From Acidimicrobiia bacterium (lineage in GTDB: Bacteria > Actinomycetota > Acidimicrobiia > Spongiisociales > SHLN01), in assembly GCA_013002865.1 (NCBI GenBank), contig JABDLU010000081.1, positions 1 through 56,159 on the forward strand: a DNA stretch of 56,159 nt, read 5' to 3'. The stretch's first letter is position 1. The number at the start of each line of letters is the position of its first letter. This document shows positions 8,938 through 18,227 of the stretch, piece after piece. The notes below the pieces were generated by a model. The model was not told the origin of the DNA, ran no database searches, and was given only the letters and a program-made list of their open reading frames with translations. A program made the translations under genes and the position numbers.

Positions 8938-9654
8938 ATGCCCAAGCATGGCAAACGATTCAGTACCGCCCTCGCCGCCATCGACCGGTCGGCCGCCTAC
9001 GAGGCTCGCCAGGCCCTGGAGCTGGTGAAGGCCAACGCCAGGGCCAAGTTCGACGAGACCATCGAGGCCAATTACCGCCTCGGCATCGACGCCCGGCACG
9101 CCGACCAGAACGTGCGCGGGACGGTCTCGCTCCCGAACGGGACCGGCAAGACCATCCGAGTTGCGGTGTTCGCCGCCGGGGAAAAGGCCACCGAAGCCGA
9201 GCAGGCTGGTGCCGACATCGTCGGCGGCAAGGAGCTCGCCGAGGCGATCCAGGGTGGACGCGATCTCGACTTCGACCTCACCATTGCCACCCCGGACCTG
9301 ATGTCCGAAGTCGGCAAGGTTGGCAAGATCCTGGGACCGCGCGGTCTCATGCCCAACCCCAAGGCCGGGACGGTCACGTTCGACATTGCGAAGACTGTTG
9401 AGGAGTTCAAGGCGGGCAAGATCGAGTACCGCAACGACCGGGCAGGCAACGTCCAGGCGGTGATCGGCAAGGCTTCCTTCGAGCTCGATGCCCTGTTTGC
9501 CAACCTCGCCGCCCTCACCGATGAGATCGTCCGGGCCCGGCCGGCGTCGACGAAGGGGCGGTTCGTCCGCAACCTGTCGGTGTCCTCCACGATGGGCCCC
9601 GGCGTCCGGATCGACGTTTCCTCCATCGAGGATCTGGCCAAAGCCGGTCGCTAG
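8938..9654 (+). CDS. rplA: 50S ribosomal protein L1
   Basis: MPKHGKR, KFDETIE, LGPRGLMPNPKAGTVT, STMGPG. Confidence 0.98.
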   Translation: MPKHGKRFSTALAAIDRSAAYEARQALELVKANARAKFDETIEANYRLGIDARHADQNVRGTVSLPNGTGKTIRVAVFAAGEKATEAEQAGADIVGGKELAEAIQGGRDLDFDLTIATPDLMSEVGKVGKILGPRGLMPNPKAGTVTFDIAKTVEEFKAGKIEYRNDRAGNVQAVIGKASFELDALFANLAALTDEIVRARPASTKGRFVRNLSVSSTMGPGVRIDVSSIEDLAKAGR

Positions 9655-9704
9655 CCCAACGAGACCCGGGGCCGCCAACCGGCGGGGACCGGTAATGTGC
9701 AAGC

Positions 9705-10106
9705 ATGTACCGGCGTGGGTTTCTCGTCCTGGCGGCATGTCTGGTTGGGTTGGCCCTGTGGCTGGGGTTGAAGGATTTCACCGTCACGAGCGGCAACCTG
9801 AGTTCCAACGGGCCCCGCACCCACACGTGCGGCAGCACCATCGGGGTGTTGTTCATGGACGAATACGCCGCGGGTATCGAAGGGTCGTTTCTGCGACCGC
9901 GTTGCTGGTACGAAGCCCGCGATCGGTCGGCAACACAGGGATTCCTGGTCGTGATGGCGCTGGGCTCGGCCATCGTCGGGTTCGTGCGGGGCCCGGCACC
10001 GCCACTGCGGAGCATTCACGTGCTCACGCCGCTGCCCACCGCCGCCGAAATGAGGCGATCACGGTTTCGGGTCATCGGCGACGTTGACGATATCAGTCCG
10101 GGCTGA
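9705..10106 (+). CDS. Hypothetical two-TM membrane protein between rplA and rplJ
   Basis: Two hydrophobic segments flanking a Cys-pair loop; TAATGT -10 box 6 nt before ATG. Confidence 0.6.
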   Translation: MYRRGFLVLAACLVGLALWLGLKDFTVTSGNLSSNGPRTHTCGSTIGVLFMDEYAAGIEGSFLRPRCWYEARDRSATQGFLVVMALGSAIVGFVRGPAPPLRSIHVLTPLPTAAEMRRSRFRVIGDVDDISPG

Positions 10107-10113
10107 TTAACCT
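10084..10113 (+). promoter_or_regulatory. Putative housekeeping-sigma promoter for rplJL
   Basis: TTGACG-N18-TAACCT. Confidence 0.5.
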
Positions 10114-10138
10114 CGGGCCCGACAATTCAACAACTCCT

Positions 10139-10228
10139 GACCGGAGACCGCCGGTGCCCCCCGGGGCCGAAGATGCCTGCGCAGGTCGGAACCTACAAGA
10201 GGCTCCACCCTGTCCGGTCGGAGCCTTT
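10139..10228 (+). ncRNA. L10 leader (ribosomal protein autoregulatory RNA)
   Basis: CCGGAGACCGCCGG...CCTGCGCAGG kink-turn-like core upstream of rplJ, then AGGCTCC/GGAGCCT hairpin. Confidence 0.7.
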
Positions 10229-10246
10229 GCCAATGAAGGAGAAGAC

Positions 10247-11089
10247 ATGGCCAGACCGGAGAAGGTCGCCGTTGTCGACGAGATCAAAGAGAAGCTGGAG
10301 GAGGCCCAAGCCATCTTCGTGACCGAGTACCGGGGTCTATCGGTCGGCCAGCAGCAGCAGTTGCGCCGCTCACTTCGCAAAGCGGAAGCTGAGTACAAGG
10401 TCTTCAAGATGACCCTGGCGCGCCGGGCTGCCGAGGAGGCCGGCATGACCGACCTGCTCGTCTGGCTCGAGGGACCGACCGCGATTGCCTTCACGACCGG
10501 CGACCCGGTCCCGGCCGCCAAGAGCTTGAAGGAATTCGCCGACAATCATGACCAGCTCGTCCTCAAGGGCGGCCTGCTGGCGGGGGCCACGCTCGACGCC
10601 GCCGGCGTGCGGCAGCTGGCCGACGTCGAGCCACGCGAAGTCCTGCTCGCCAAGCTGGCGGGGGCGATGAAGGCTCCGATGGCGAACCTGGCCGGGATGA
10701 TGACCGCCGTGCTACGACAGCCGGTCACCGCCATGCAGCAACTGCTCGAGAAGCGTGAGACCGATCCGGCGTTCGCGGCCGAACCAACTGAGGGGCCTGC
10801 GGCTGCGGACGAGCCTGCGGCTGAGGAGCCTGCGGCTGCGGACGAGCCTGCGGCTGAAGAGGAGCCTGCGGCTGAAGAGGAGCCTGCGGCTGAAGAGGAG
10901 CCTGCGGCTGAAGAGGAGCCTGCGGCTGAAGAGGAGCCTGCGGCTGCCCCGGCTGAGGAGGCTGCGGCTGAGGATGCTCCGGCCGAAGAGCCTGCGGCGG
11001 AGGATGCTGCGGCGGAGGATGCTGCGGCGGAGGATGCTGCGGCGGAGGATGCCGAAGCTGCCACTGATTCTGAAGATTCCGACAAGTAG
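10247..11089 (+). CDS. rplJ: 50S ribosomal protein L10 with ~100-aa acidic repeat tail
   Basis: [36 protein letters not shown]; AAGGAG SD. Confidence 0.97.
   Translation: MARPEKVAVVDEIKEKLEEAQAIFVTEYRGLSVGQQQQLRRSLRKAEAEYKVFKMTLARRAAEEAGMTDLLVWLEGPTAIAFTTGDPVPAAKSLKEFADNHDQLVLKGGLLAGATLDAAGVRQLADVEPREVLLAKLAGAMKAPMANLAGMMTAVLRQPVTAMQQLLEKRETDPAFAAEPTEGPAAADEPAAEEPAAADEPAAEEEPAAEEEPAAEEEPAAEEEPAAEEEPAAAPAEEAAAEDAPAEEPAAEDAAAEDAAAEDAAAEDAEAATDSEDSDK
10856..11053 (+). repeat. Coding tandem repeats in rplJ: 18-bp GAAGAGGAGCCTGCGGCT x5 and 15-bp GCGGCGGAGGATGCY x4
   Basis: Copies at 10856-10945 (EEEPAA, identical) and 10994-11053 (AAEDA). Confidence 0.95.
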
Positions 11090-11109
11090 TTCACCAAAGG
11101 AGAAATGAC

Positions 11110-11496
11110 ATGGCAAAAATGACCACAGACGATCTGCTCGAGCATTTCGAGACGATGACCGTTCTCGAGCTGTCCGAGTTCGTAAAAGCCTTCGAGGACA
11201 AGTTCGAAGTCACCGCCGCTGCCCCGATGGCCGTTGCCGTGGCCGGTGGCGACGCCGGCGCCGGAGCCGCCGCTGAGGAAGAGAAGGACGACTTCGACGT
11301 CATGCTCAGCTCGGTTGGCGACAAGAAGATCCAGGTCATCAAAGAGGTCCGCGGTCTCACCAAGCTCGGCCTCAAAGAAGCCAAGGAGCTGGTCGAGAGC
11401 GCTCCGGTTGCCGTCCTGGAGGGCGTCGATCAGGAGACCGCCGACAAGGCCAAAGAGGCCCTCGAAGGCGCCGGCGCCCAGGTCGAGCTGAAGTAG
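11110..11496 (+). CDS. rplL: 50S ribosomal protein L7/L12
   Basis: [32 protein letters not shown]. Confidence 0.98.
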   Translation: MAKMTTDDLLEHFETMTVLELSEFVKAFEDKFEVTAAAPMAVAVAGGDAGAGAAAEEEKDDFDVMLSSVGDKKIQVIKEVRGLTKLGLKEAKELVESAPVAVLEGVDQETADKAKEALEGAGAQVELK

Positions 11497-11516
11497 TAGT
11501 CGGAGCCCTCCGGGCT

Positions 11517-11636
11517 CCGACTGTCGACTGTCGACGGTCAACCGTCAACGGCCGAAGAACGTGAAGGACGTCACCTGTGGGTGGCGTCTTTCTCGTTGCC
11601 GGTTATCGGTCGCCGGTCGCCGGTCGCCGGTCACCC
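11517..11636. repeat. Heptamer arrays GTCGACN/GTCAACN (11517-11552) and GTCGCCG-type x6 (11595-11636)
   Basis: First array continues out of the 11-bp hairpin at 11498-11522 and ends GTCAACGGCC like the 3809 array. Confidence 0.85.
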
Positions 11637-11640
11637 ACCC

Positions 11641-11723
11641 AGGAACACAGGAACGCGCCAAGCAACCCGAAGGGTTGCCCACCCCCCTCCTTGCCTCCCC
11701 CACTCGCTGGCGCTCGCGGGGGA
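11641..11723 (-). repeat. ~84-bp dispersed REP/MITE-like repeat, copy 2
   Basis: Reverse complement aligns to 4067-4150; contains GCAACCC-GAA-GGGTTGC and CTCCCCC...GGGGGAG palindromes. Confidence 0.85.
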
Positions 11724-11730
11724 GGTAATT

Positions 11731-11838
11731 CTGACGCCTGACGCCTTCTGACTGGCAACTTGGAACCTGCAACCGGCAACTTGCCGATTGCCGATTGCCG
11801 ATAGCTGATTGCCGATAGCTGATTGCTGATTGCTGATT
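11731..11838. repeat. Heptamer arrays CTGACGC x2, GGCAACT-type x5, GCYGATW x8
   Basis: Eight in-register GCYGATW units at 11783-11838, ending 1 bp from the minus-strand stop at 11840. Confidence 0.9.
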
Positions 11839-11839
11839 C

Positions 11840-12058
11840 CTACCGCACCGTGGCGAACCGCAGCATGGCGACGAAGAAGAGGACCACGCCGACGGTGATG
11901 AGGGCTCCGCCGGCGATGGGACCGGGGAGGGCGCCGAAGTCGTTGGAGTAGCACGTGGTGAGGCTGCGAGACAGCGACACGGTCTGGCACCCGATGACCT
12001 CGATGCCACGGAAAATCAGGGCAAACCCGCCTGCCATTGCCACAAAAGACAGGAGCAT
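11840..12058 (-). CDS. Small two-TM hypothetical membrane protein; start uncertain
   Basis: Two hydrophobic helices around a C-x11-C loop. Confidence 0.5.
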   Translation of the reverse strand: MLLSFVAMAGGFALIFRGIEVIGCQTVSLSRSLTTCYSNDFGALPGPIAGGALITVGVVLFFVAMLRFATVR

Positions 12059-12156
12059 TATGACCCCCCACGATGGCGATTCTCCTGTACCGGTTTTCGG
12101 CACCCCGGCGGATTTTCTTTACACCCGGCTGGATGGGCCCTCCCTATCCTCACGGC

Positions 12157-14277
12157 ATGGCGGAGGTTCCCATCGCCGTGCTCATCTCCGGGCGCGGATC
12201 CAATCTGCGACGCCTGCTGGAGGAGCAGGAGGGTTCGTCCTATCGGGTAGCCGTCGTCGTCGCCGACCGGGCCGCACCCGGCCTCGATCTGGCTCGCCAA
12301 CGGGGCATCCCGGTTCGCCAGGTGCCGTGGGGCGACCATCCGGACCGGGCCTCCTTCACGACAGCCGTGTGCGATGTAGTCGACGACTACCAGTGCCGCT
12401 TCGTGATCCTGGCGGGCTTCATGCGCATCCTCGCCGCCGAAGCGATTGATCGCTTCCCGGACCGGATCATCAACGTCCATCCGTCCCTGCTTCCCCGATT
12501 CCCGGGAGCCAGGGCGGTCGCCGACGCGCTGGCCGCCGGCGTGGATGAGACCGGCGTAACAGTGCACGTCGTCGTCGAGGATGTCGACGCCGGTCCGATC
12601 ATCGCCCAGCGCCGGGTCCCGATTCTCGGCGGGGACGACGAAGCCCGCCTCCACGCCCGGATCCAGGAACTGGAGCACCAGCTATTCCCCGAGGTGGTGG
12701 ATCAGATCTGTCGCATCGGTGTCGCCGCAGCGATCGAACAAAGGAGTGAGATGAACGATCGAGTCGCCATCAAGACGGCGCTGGTATCCGTCTCGGACAA
12801 GACCGGTCTGACCGAGCTCGGCACAGCGCTGGAAGCCGCCGGCATCACCATCCTGGCCTCGGGCGGCACCGCCCGCACGCTGGAGGAAGCGGGCATTGCC
12901 GTTACCCGGGTGGCCGATGTCACCGGCGCGCCGGAGATGCTCGACGGGCGGGTCAAGACTCTCCACCCCACCATTCATGGAGGCATTCTCGCCAACACCG
13001 AGTCCGCCGAGCACCGCGCCGATCTCGAACAGCGCGGGATCACGCCGATCGACCTGGTGGTCTGCAACCTCTATCCGTTTGAGGCCACGGTCGCCGCCGG
13101 TCGACCGGCCGGGGAGGTCGTGGAGAACATCGACATCGGCGGCCCGGCGATAATCCGGGCCGCGGCCAAGAACCACAGGCGGGTGGCGGTGGTGACCAAT
13201 CCAGCCGACTACCAGACGGTCACCGCGGCGCTGAGCGCAGGGGGCACTACCGGCGAGGAACGGCGCCGGTTGGCTGCTCGCGCCTTCGCGCATACCGGGC
13301 GATACGACGCGCTGATCCATGCCTGGCTGGCGGACGAGGACCTGCCCGAGACAATGCTCGTGGCCCTGGACCAGGCCACTGGACTGCGGTACGGGGAAAA
13401 CCCGCACCAGGAGGCTGCCTTGTACCGGCGGGCCGGGGCGGACGGTTGGCCATTCACCGCCCGGCAACTGCAGGGCAAGGACCTGTCGTTCAACAACTAT
13501 GCCGACACCGACTCCGCCTGGGATCTGGTCCAGCGCATCGCCAGCCCGGGGTGCGTCGTGGTCAAACACCTCAACCCGTGCGGGGTTGCGCAGCGCCCAA
13601 CGGTGCACGAAGCGTTCGTAGCGGCGCGGGATTGTGACCCGCTGTCGGCCTTCGGCGGTGTCGTTGCCACCAACACCGCCATCGACGAAGCCACTGCCAA
13701 GGAGATGGCAGGCATGTTCCTGGAGGTCATCATCTGTCCCGGCGTGAGCGACGAAGCGGCCGCGGTGCTGTCGGCCAAGAAGAACCTCCGTGTCCTGGTG
13801 GCCTCGGCGCCGAGCGGCTGGAAGCACGATGTGCGAGCGGTGGACGGGGGCATGCTCATCCAGGAGGCCGATTCGCGGAACGTGGAGTCGGACGAGTGGC
13901 GGGTCATGTCGAAGACCCAGCCGTCCCCCTCCCAACTCGAGGCGATGCACCTCGCCTGGACGGTGGGCGCGCACTGTAAGTCGAACAGCATCGTGATCGT
14001 CCAGGACGGTGCGGCCGTCGGAATCGGTGTCGGCGACCAGAGCCGGGTGGGGGCCGCCCGCCGGGCCGTCGCCCAGGCCGGTGATCGGTTGGACGGGGCG
14101 GTGGCGGCCAGTGAGGCCCTGATCCCGTTCCGCGATGGCGTCGATGCCCTCGCCGAGGCTGGGGTGAAGGCCCTCGTAGAGACCGGAGGAAGTCGCAACG
14201 ACGACGAGGTCATTGCCGCAGCCGATGAGCATGGGATGGTCCTGGTGTTCACCGGCCGGCGCCACTTCAGGCACTGA
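12157..14277 (+). CDS. purN-purH: Fused PurN (GAR transformylase)-PurH (AICAR transformylase/IMP cyclohydrolase)
   Basis: N-term VLISGRGSNL, LAGFMRIL, INVHPSLLP; from 12751 ALVSVSDKTGL, GRVKTLHP, IDIGGP, LRYGENPHQ, FTGRRHFRH; no stop between. Confidence 0.93.
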   Translation: MAEVPIAVLISGRGSNLRRLLEEQEGSSYRVAVVVADRAAPGLDLARQRGIPVRQVPWGDHPDRASFTTAVCDVVDDYQCRFVILAGFMRILAAEAIDRFPDRIINVHPSLLPRFPGARAVADALAAGVDETGVTVHVVVEDVDAGPIIAQRRVPILGGDDEARLHARIQELEHQLFPEVVDQICRIGVAAAIEQRSEMNDRVAIKTALVSVSDKTGLTELGTALEAAGITILASGGTARTLEEAGIAVTRVADVTGAPEMLDGRVKTLHPTIHGGILANTESAEHRADLEQRGITPIDLVVCNLYPFEATVAAGRPAGEVVENIDIGGPAIIRAAAKNHRRVAVVTNPADYQTVTAALSAGGTTGEERRRLAARAFAHTGRYDALIHAWLADEDLPETMLVALDQATGLRYGENPHQEAALYRRAGADGWPFTARQLQGKDLSFNNYADTDSAWDLVQRIASPGCVVVKHLNPCGVAQRPTVHEAFVAARDCDPLSAFGGVVATNTAIDEATAKEMAGMFLEVIICPGVSDEAAAVLSAKKNLRVLVASAPSGWKHDVRAVDGGMLIQEADSRNVESDEWRVMSKTQPSPSQLEAMHLAWTVGAHCKSNSIVIVQDGAAVGIGVGDQSRVGAARRAVAQAGDRLDGAVAASEALIPFRDGVDALAEAGVKALVETGGSRNDDEVIAAADEHGMVLVFTGRRHFRH

Positions 14278-14296
14278 GCGCCCCGGGTGCTCCGGG

Positions 14297-14695
14297 CTAG
14301 TTCGATCCGGTCGGGTGGGCACGCGGCGGCCGGGGCCGCGGGTGTTCGCACAACTCGTAGTAGTTCCCGTCGGGTGCCCGGAAGTAGAACCAGCGATGGC
14401 CGTCGCGCCCCCGTTCCATTGCCGTGATGTCGGCCACTCCGGCCCGGCTGAGTTCTTCGTGGGCTGCTTCGATGTCGTCGACCCACAGGCCGGCCACCGG
14501 GCCGGTATCGAGGTGGTCGTGTTCAACGGAGTCGGGCCCGAACAACTCGAGCCGGTCCCCGTTTTCCATCGTGAGCTGGGTGAAGCCGGCCACGTTGGTG
14601 GAGACTTCGAGGCCGAGTTGCTTCTCGAAGAACTCGGCGGTGGCGCGCCGGTCGTCTGTGCTCGACCCGACCCAGATGATGCCCTTGACTTGCAC
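14297..14695 (-). CDS. VOC/glyoxalase-family protein
   Basis: FFEKQLGL, VDDIEAAHEEL, FYFRAPDGNYYEL; GTG start with TACACT -10 box 7 nt upstream. Confidence 0.85.
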   Translation of the reverse strand: MQVKGIIWVGSSTDDRRATAEFFEKQLGLEVSTNVAGFTQLTMENGDRLELFGPDSVEHDHLDTGPVAGLWVDDIEAAHEELSRAGVADITAMERGRDGHRWFYFRAPDGNYYELCEHPRPRPPRAHPTGSN

Positions 14696-14758
14696 GGAGG
14701 CCAGTGTACGGAACGCGCCGTCGTCTAGATTGCCCGGCGAGCAGTGGGAAGGAGCCAT

Positions 14759-15820
14759 ATGCCGATCGAGACGGTCGAGGATCTGCGCAGCCACGTGCGC
14801 CTGGCGATTCAGGTTGAGCTGTCGACGATTCCCCCGTACCTGGTGGCGATGTACTCCATCGAGGACCAGCAGTCGGAGGCAGCTCTGCTGATCCGTAGCA
14901 TTGTCGCCGAGGAGATGCTCCACGCCGCCCTGTGTGCCAACCTGCTCGTCGCCATCGGTGGCCGCCCCTCCTTTGCCCCCACCGAGCTGATCCCCAGCTA
15001 CCCGATGTGGCTTCCCCATCACCGGCCGCCCCTGCAATTGCGGTTGGTGGCCTGTTCGATTGACTTGATTCGGGATGTGCTGATGCGGGTCGAGCAACCA
15101 GAGGTGTCGGGTGCGCCCGCCGAGGCGGATGTGTTCGAAACGCTCGGACAGTTCTATCACGCCCTCGAGCTCGCCATCGCCGAACTGGACGACGACTTCG
15201 ACTTGTTTTCCGATCCGCAGCGCGACCATCAGATGGGTGATGCTGCGTTCTATCGGCCGGTCGCCTTCGACGCGGAGGACAGCGGTGGGCTCCTGTTCAT
15301 CGACGACGTGGCATCAGCCGTCGAAGCGCTCGAGATCATCGTGCATCAGGGGGAGGGGCTCAGCACTGATCGCTGGGCAGATCCGGCCCACCAGGAACTG
15401 ACCCACTACCACAAGCTCGCTCAGATCGCTGATGGGACGAGTCCGCTCGGTGATGTGTTTCCGCTTCGGCCGGACGCCGTGACCGCCGGCTACCCGCCCG
15501 ACGTCGCCGCCGTATCGGACCTCTTCAACGCCGCCTACCGGTATCTCTACCTCGTGCTCGACGAGCTGTTTGGCCCGGCGGCGGACAAATCGGGTCCGGT
15601 CGGCCGGCTGTATCGGCTCATGTCCGACGTGATGTCTGAGCTGGCTCATTACCTGGTGAGACAGCAGCTGGAGGATGGCTCCCACGCCGCTCCGACATTT
15701 GAGATCTACGAGTTCGGCGCCGATCCCTCCACCGAGCTGACCGGGCTGGCCGGCCGGGTCGACGAGGTCATCAACCCGGGGTCGAGCACCTTCGTCGACA
15801 AGCTGGCCGCGATCGTCTGA
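14759..15820 (+). CDS. Ferritin-like domain protein (VioB/RebD/StaD-type ferritin-like domain)
   Basis: AIQVELSTIPPYLVAMYSI, EEMLH..CANLL.AIGG, IIVHQGEG, ELTHY motifs; AAGGAG SD. Confidence 0.75.
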   Translation: MPIETVEDLRSHVRLAIQVELSTIPPYLVAMYSIEDQQSEAALLIRSIVAEEMLHAALCANLLVAIGGRPSFAPTELIPSYPMWLPHHRPPLQLRLVACSIDLIRDVLMRVEQPEVSGAPAEADVFETLGQFYHALELAIAELDDDFDLFSDPQRDHQMGDAAFYRPVAFDAEDSGGLLFIDDVASAVEALEIIVHQGEGLSTDRWADPAHQELTHYHKLAQIADGTSPLGDVFPLRPDAVTAGYPPDVAAVSDLFNAAYRYLYLVLDELFGPAADKSGPVGRLYRLMSDVMSELAHYLVRQQLEDGSHAAPTFEIYEFGADPSTELTGLAGRVDEVINPGSSTFVDKLAAIV

Positions 15821-15834
15821 GGGCGGGCAGCCCG

Positions 15835-16836
15835 TTAGGGCTGGAGGCGCACAGTGTTACCAGGAACGACCTCGCCGATGATCCAGGCCGGGTGGTCGGT
15901 CACGGCGGCAAGGGTGGACTCAGCGTGTGCTGCCGGCACCACCAGGGCGAACCCAATACCCATATTGAAGGTCTGGAACATTTCAGCGTGCTCGATCCCG
16001 CCCCGTTCGGCGATGATGCCGAAGATGGCCGGTATTTCCCAGGAAGCGACGTCGAGGTGAGCGGTCAGCCCTTCGGGCAGAACCCGGGGCAGATTCCCGG
16101 GAAGCCCCCCGCCGGTGATGTGAGCCATCGCCCGAATCGGCAACTCGCGAGCGGCCTCCAGCACGGTTGGCGCATAGATCACCGATGGCTCGAGGACTAC
16201 GTCGCCCAGCGTGGTGCCTTCGAAGCTGTCGCGCAGGTCGGATTCGGTGAACACCGACCTGACCAGCGAGAAGCCATTCGATCGGACGTTGGGGCTCGCG
16301 ACGCCGATGATCGCATCGCCGGGTCTGACGTCACCGGGGTCGAACAGCTCGGCCGCTTCGGCGACCCCGAGCGCGGCACCGGCGAGATCGAACTGGTCGG
16401 GCTCCATGACCCCGGGATGGACGGCGGTCTCGCCTCCGAGCAAGGCGCAGCCGGCCAGGCGGCACGCGTCGGCAATAGACCCGATAATGGCCTCATCCCG
16501 TTCCGGTTGGAGAGCACCGACCGCCAGGTAGTCGGTGAATCCGAGCGGGGTCGCTCTCTGGGCGGCAAGATCGTCCACGCACATTGCGACGAGGTCATGG
16601 CCGATTCCGTCGAACTGCCCAAGCCGGCGCGCCAACTCGGCCTTGGTTCCGACCCCGTCGGTCGTCATCATCAGAACCGGCCTGGTGTAGCCGTCGGGGA
16701 TCGTGATGCCGGTCGCAAATCCGCCGAAGGTCCCCACGACGTGTTCGGTCCACGTCGCCGTCACCCGGGAGGCGATCGAGTTCGTGAAGCGGTCGGCGGC
16801 TGCCACGTCTACGCCCGCTCCCGAATAGGTGCTCAT
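15835..16836 (-). CDS. purM: AIR synthetase
   Basis: YSGAGVD, TDGVGTK, LLGGETA, HITGGG, TFNMGIG. Confidence 0.96.
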   Translation of the reverse strand: MSTYSGAGVDVAAADRFTNSIASRVTATWTEHVVGTFGGFATGITIPDGYTRPVLMMTTDGVGTKAELARRLGQFDGIGHDLVAMCVDDLAAQRATPLGFTDYLAVGALQPERDEAIIGSIADACRLAGCALLGGETAVHPGVMEPDQFDLAGAALGVAEAAELFDPGDVRPGDAIIGVASPNVRSNGFSLVRSVFTESDLRDSFEGTTLGDVVLEPSVIYAPTVLEAARELPIRAMAHITGGGLPGNLPRVLPEGLTAHLDVASWEIPAIFGIIAERGGIEHAEMFQTFNMGIGFALVVPAAHAESTLAAVTDHPAWIIGEVVPGNTVRLQP

Positions 16837-18227
16837 TCGAGGACGAACTTGTCCGGGCCGATGGGCGTCGGATAGTCACCGGACAGGCAGGCGGTGCAAA
16901 AGGTTTGGGTGGCGTCCGACACCGAGCCTTCCAGGCCGGCCAGGCTCAGGTAGCCGAGCGAATCGACCCCGAGGAATGCTTCGATTTCCTCCTCCGATTT
17001 CCCGGCCGCCAGCAGAGAGCTGCGGTCCGATGTGTCCATCCCGTAGAAGCACGGCCAGCGATACGGCGGTGAGGATATCCGCAGGTGCACCTCCTGGGCA
17101 CCGGCTGCCCGGACCACCTCGACGAGTTGACGGGTGGTCGAGCCGCGCACGACCGAATCGTCGACCAGAACGATCCGCTGGCCGTCGAGGACATCTTTGA
17201 TCGGGTTGAGCTTGAGCCGGATCCCGCGCTCTCGCAGCATTTGCTCGGGCTCGATGAAGGTGCGGCCCACGTAGCGGTTCTTGACGAGACCGTCCTCGTA
17301 CCGGATACCCGACTCCCAGGAGTATCCCTGGGCGGCCGGGATGCCGGACTCGGGCACGGGCACGACGACGTCGGCCGGAACACCGCTTTCCCGGGCCAAC
17401 TGCCTGCCCATTTCGACTCGGGCAGCCTGGACATTCTGTCCCGCCAGCACGCTGTCGGGTCGGGCGAAGTACACGTATTCGAAGACGCATAGCCGGGACG
17501 GAACGGGGTCCTGGGGAAAGTGCGAGGTCACGCCCCGCTCGTCGAGCACGACCAGCTCGCCGGGCTCAACGTCCCGTTCGAAGGTGGCGCCCACCAGATC
17601 GAGAGCCGCCGTCTCGGAGGCGACCACCCACCCGTCTGGCCCGATCCGGCCGAGGGACAGCGGGCGGAAGCCGTGCGGGTCGCGCACCGCCACCACGGAT
17701 GTGTCGTCCATCACAACAAGTGTGTAGGCGCCTTCAAAATCCGGCACGACGCCGGCGATGGCCTCCCACAGTGGAATGTCGCTCTCCTTGTGGATTCGCT
17801 CGGCGATTGCGCTGGTCATCAGCTCCGAATCGGTGGTGCCGCTCGACCCGAGCCGCTCCGCCAGCGCGGCGGTATTGGTCAGGTTGCCGTTGTGGCCCAG
17901 GGCCACACTGCGGGGCCCGATGGCGCGAAAGGCCGGTTGGGCGTTGGCCCAGGTGCTCGAGCCGGTCGTCGAGTACCGGGTATGGCCGATGCCAATGCCG
18001 CCCTGCAGCCCGGCGAGGGTGTTCCGGTCGAAGACCGACGACAACAGTCCCATGTCTTTGTAGGTCGTGAGACGCTGGCCGTTGGAAACGGCGATTCCGG
18101 CGCTCTCCTGCCCGCGATGCTGGAGGGCGAACAGGCCGAAATAGATGAGGTTGGCGACGTGAGTCTCCGGGACGAACGCCCCGAACACCCCGCAGGCTTC
18201 GCCCGGCTTTCCAAGTGAGTCACTCAT
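16833..18227 (-). CDS. purF: Amidophosphoribosyltransferase (propeptide/Fe-S type)
   Basis: EA-CGVFG after an 11-aa propeptide, LQHRGQE, GHTRYST, VDDSVVRG, FCTAC. Confidence 0.96.
   Translation of the reverse strand: MSDSLGKPGEACGVFGAFVPETHVANLIYFGLFALQHRGQESAGIAVSNGQRLTTYKDMGLLSSVFDRNTLAGLQGGIGIGHTRYSTTGSSTWANAQPAFRAIGPRSVALGHNGNLTNTAALAERLGSSGTTDSELMTSAIAERIHKESDIPLWEAIAGVVPDFEGAYTLVVMDDTSVVAVRDPHGFRPLSLGRIGPDGWVVASETAALDLVGATFERDVEPGELVVLDERGVTSHFPQDPVPSRLCVFEYVYFARPDSVLAGQNVQAARVEMGRQLARESGVPADVVVPVPESGIPAAQGYSWESGIRYEDGLVKNRYVGRTFIEPEQMLRERGIRLKLNPIKDVLDGQRIVLVDDSVVRGSTTRQLVEVVRAAGAQEVHLRISSPPYRWPCFYGMDTSDRSSLLAAGKSEEEIEAFLGVDSLGYLSLAGLEGSVSDATQTFCTACLSGDYPTPIGPDKFVLE

Noticed and set aside
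10154-10246. Upstream GTG start for rplJ
   Set aside because: The region is the L10 leader; the ATG at 10247 has an AAGGAG SD and gives the canonical N-terminus.
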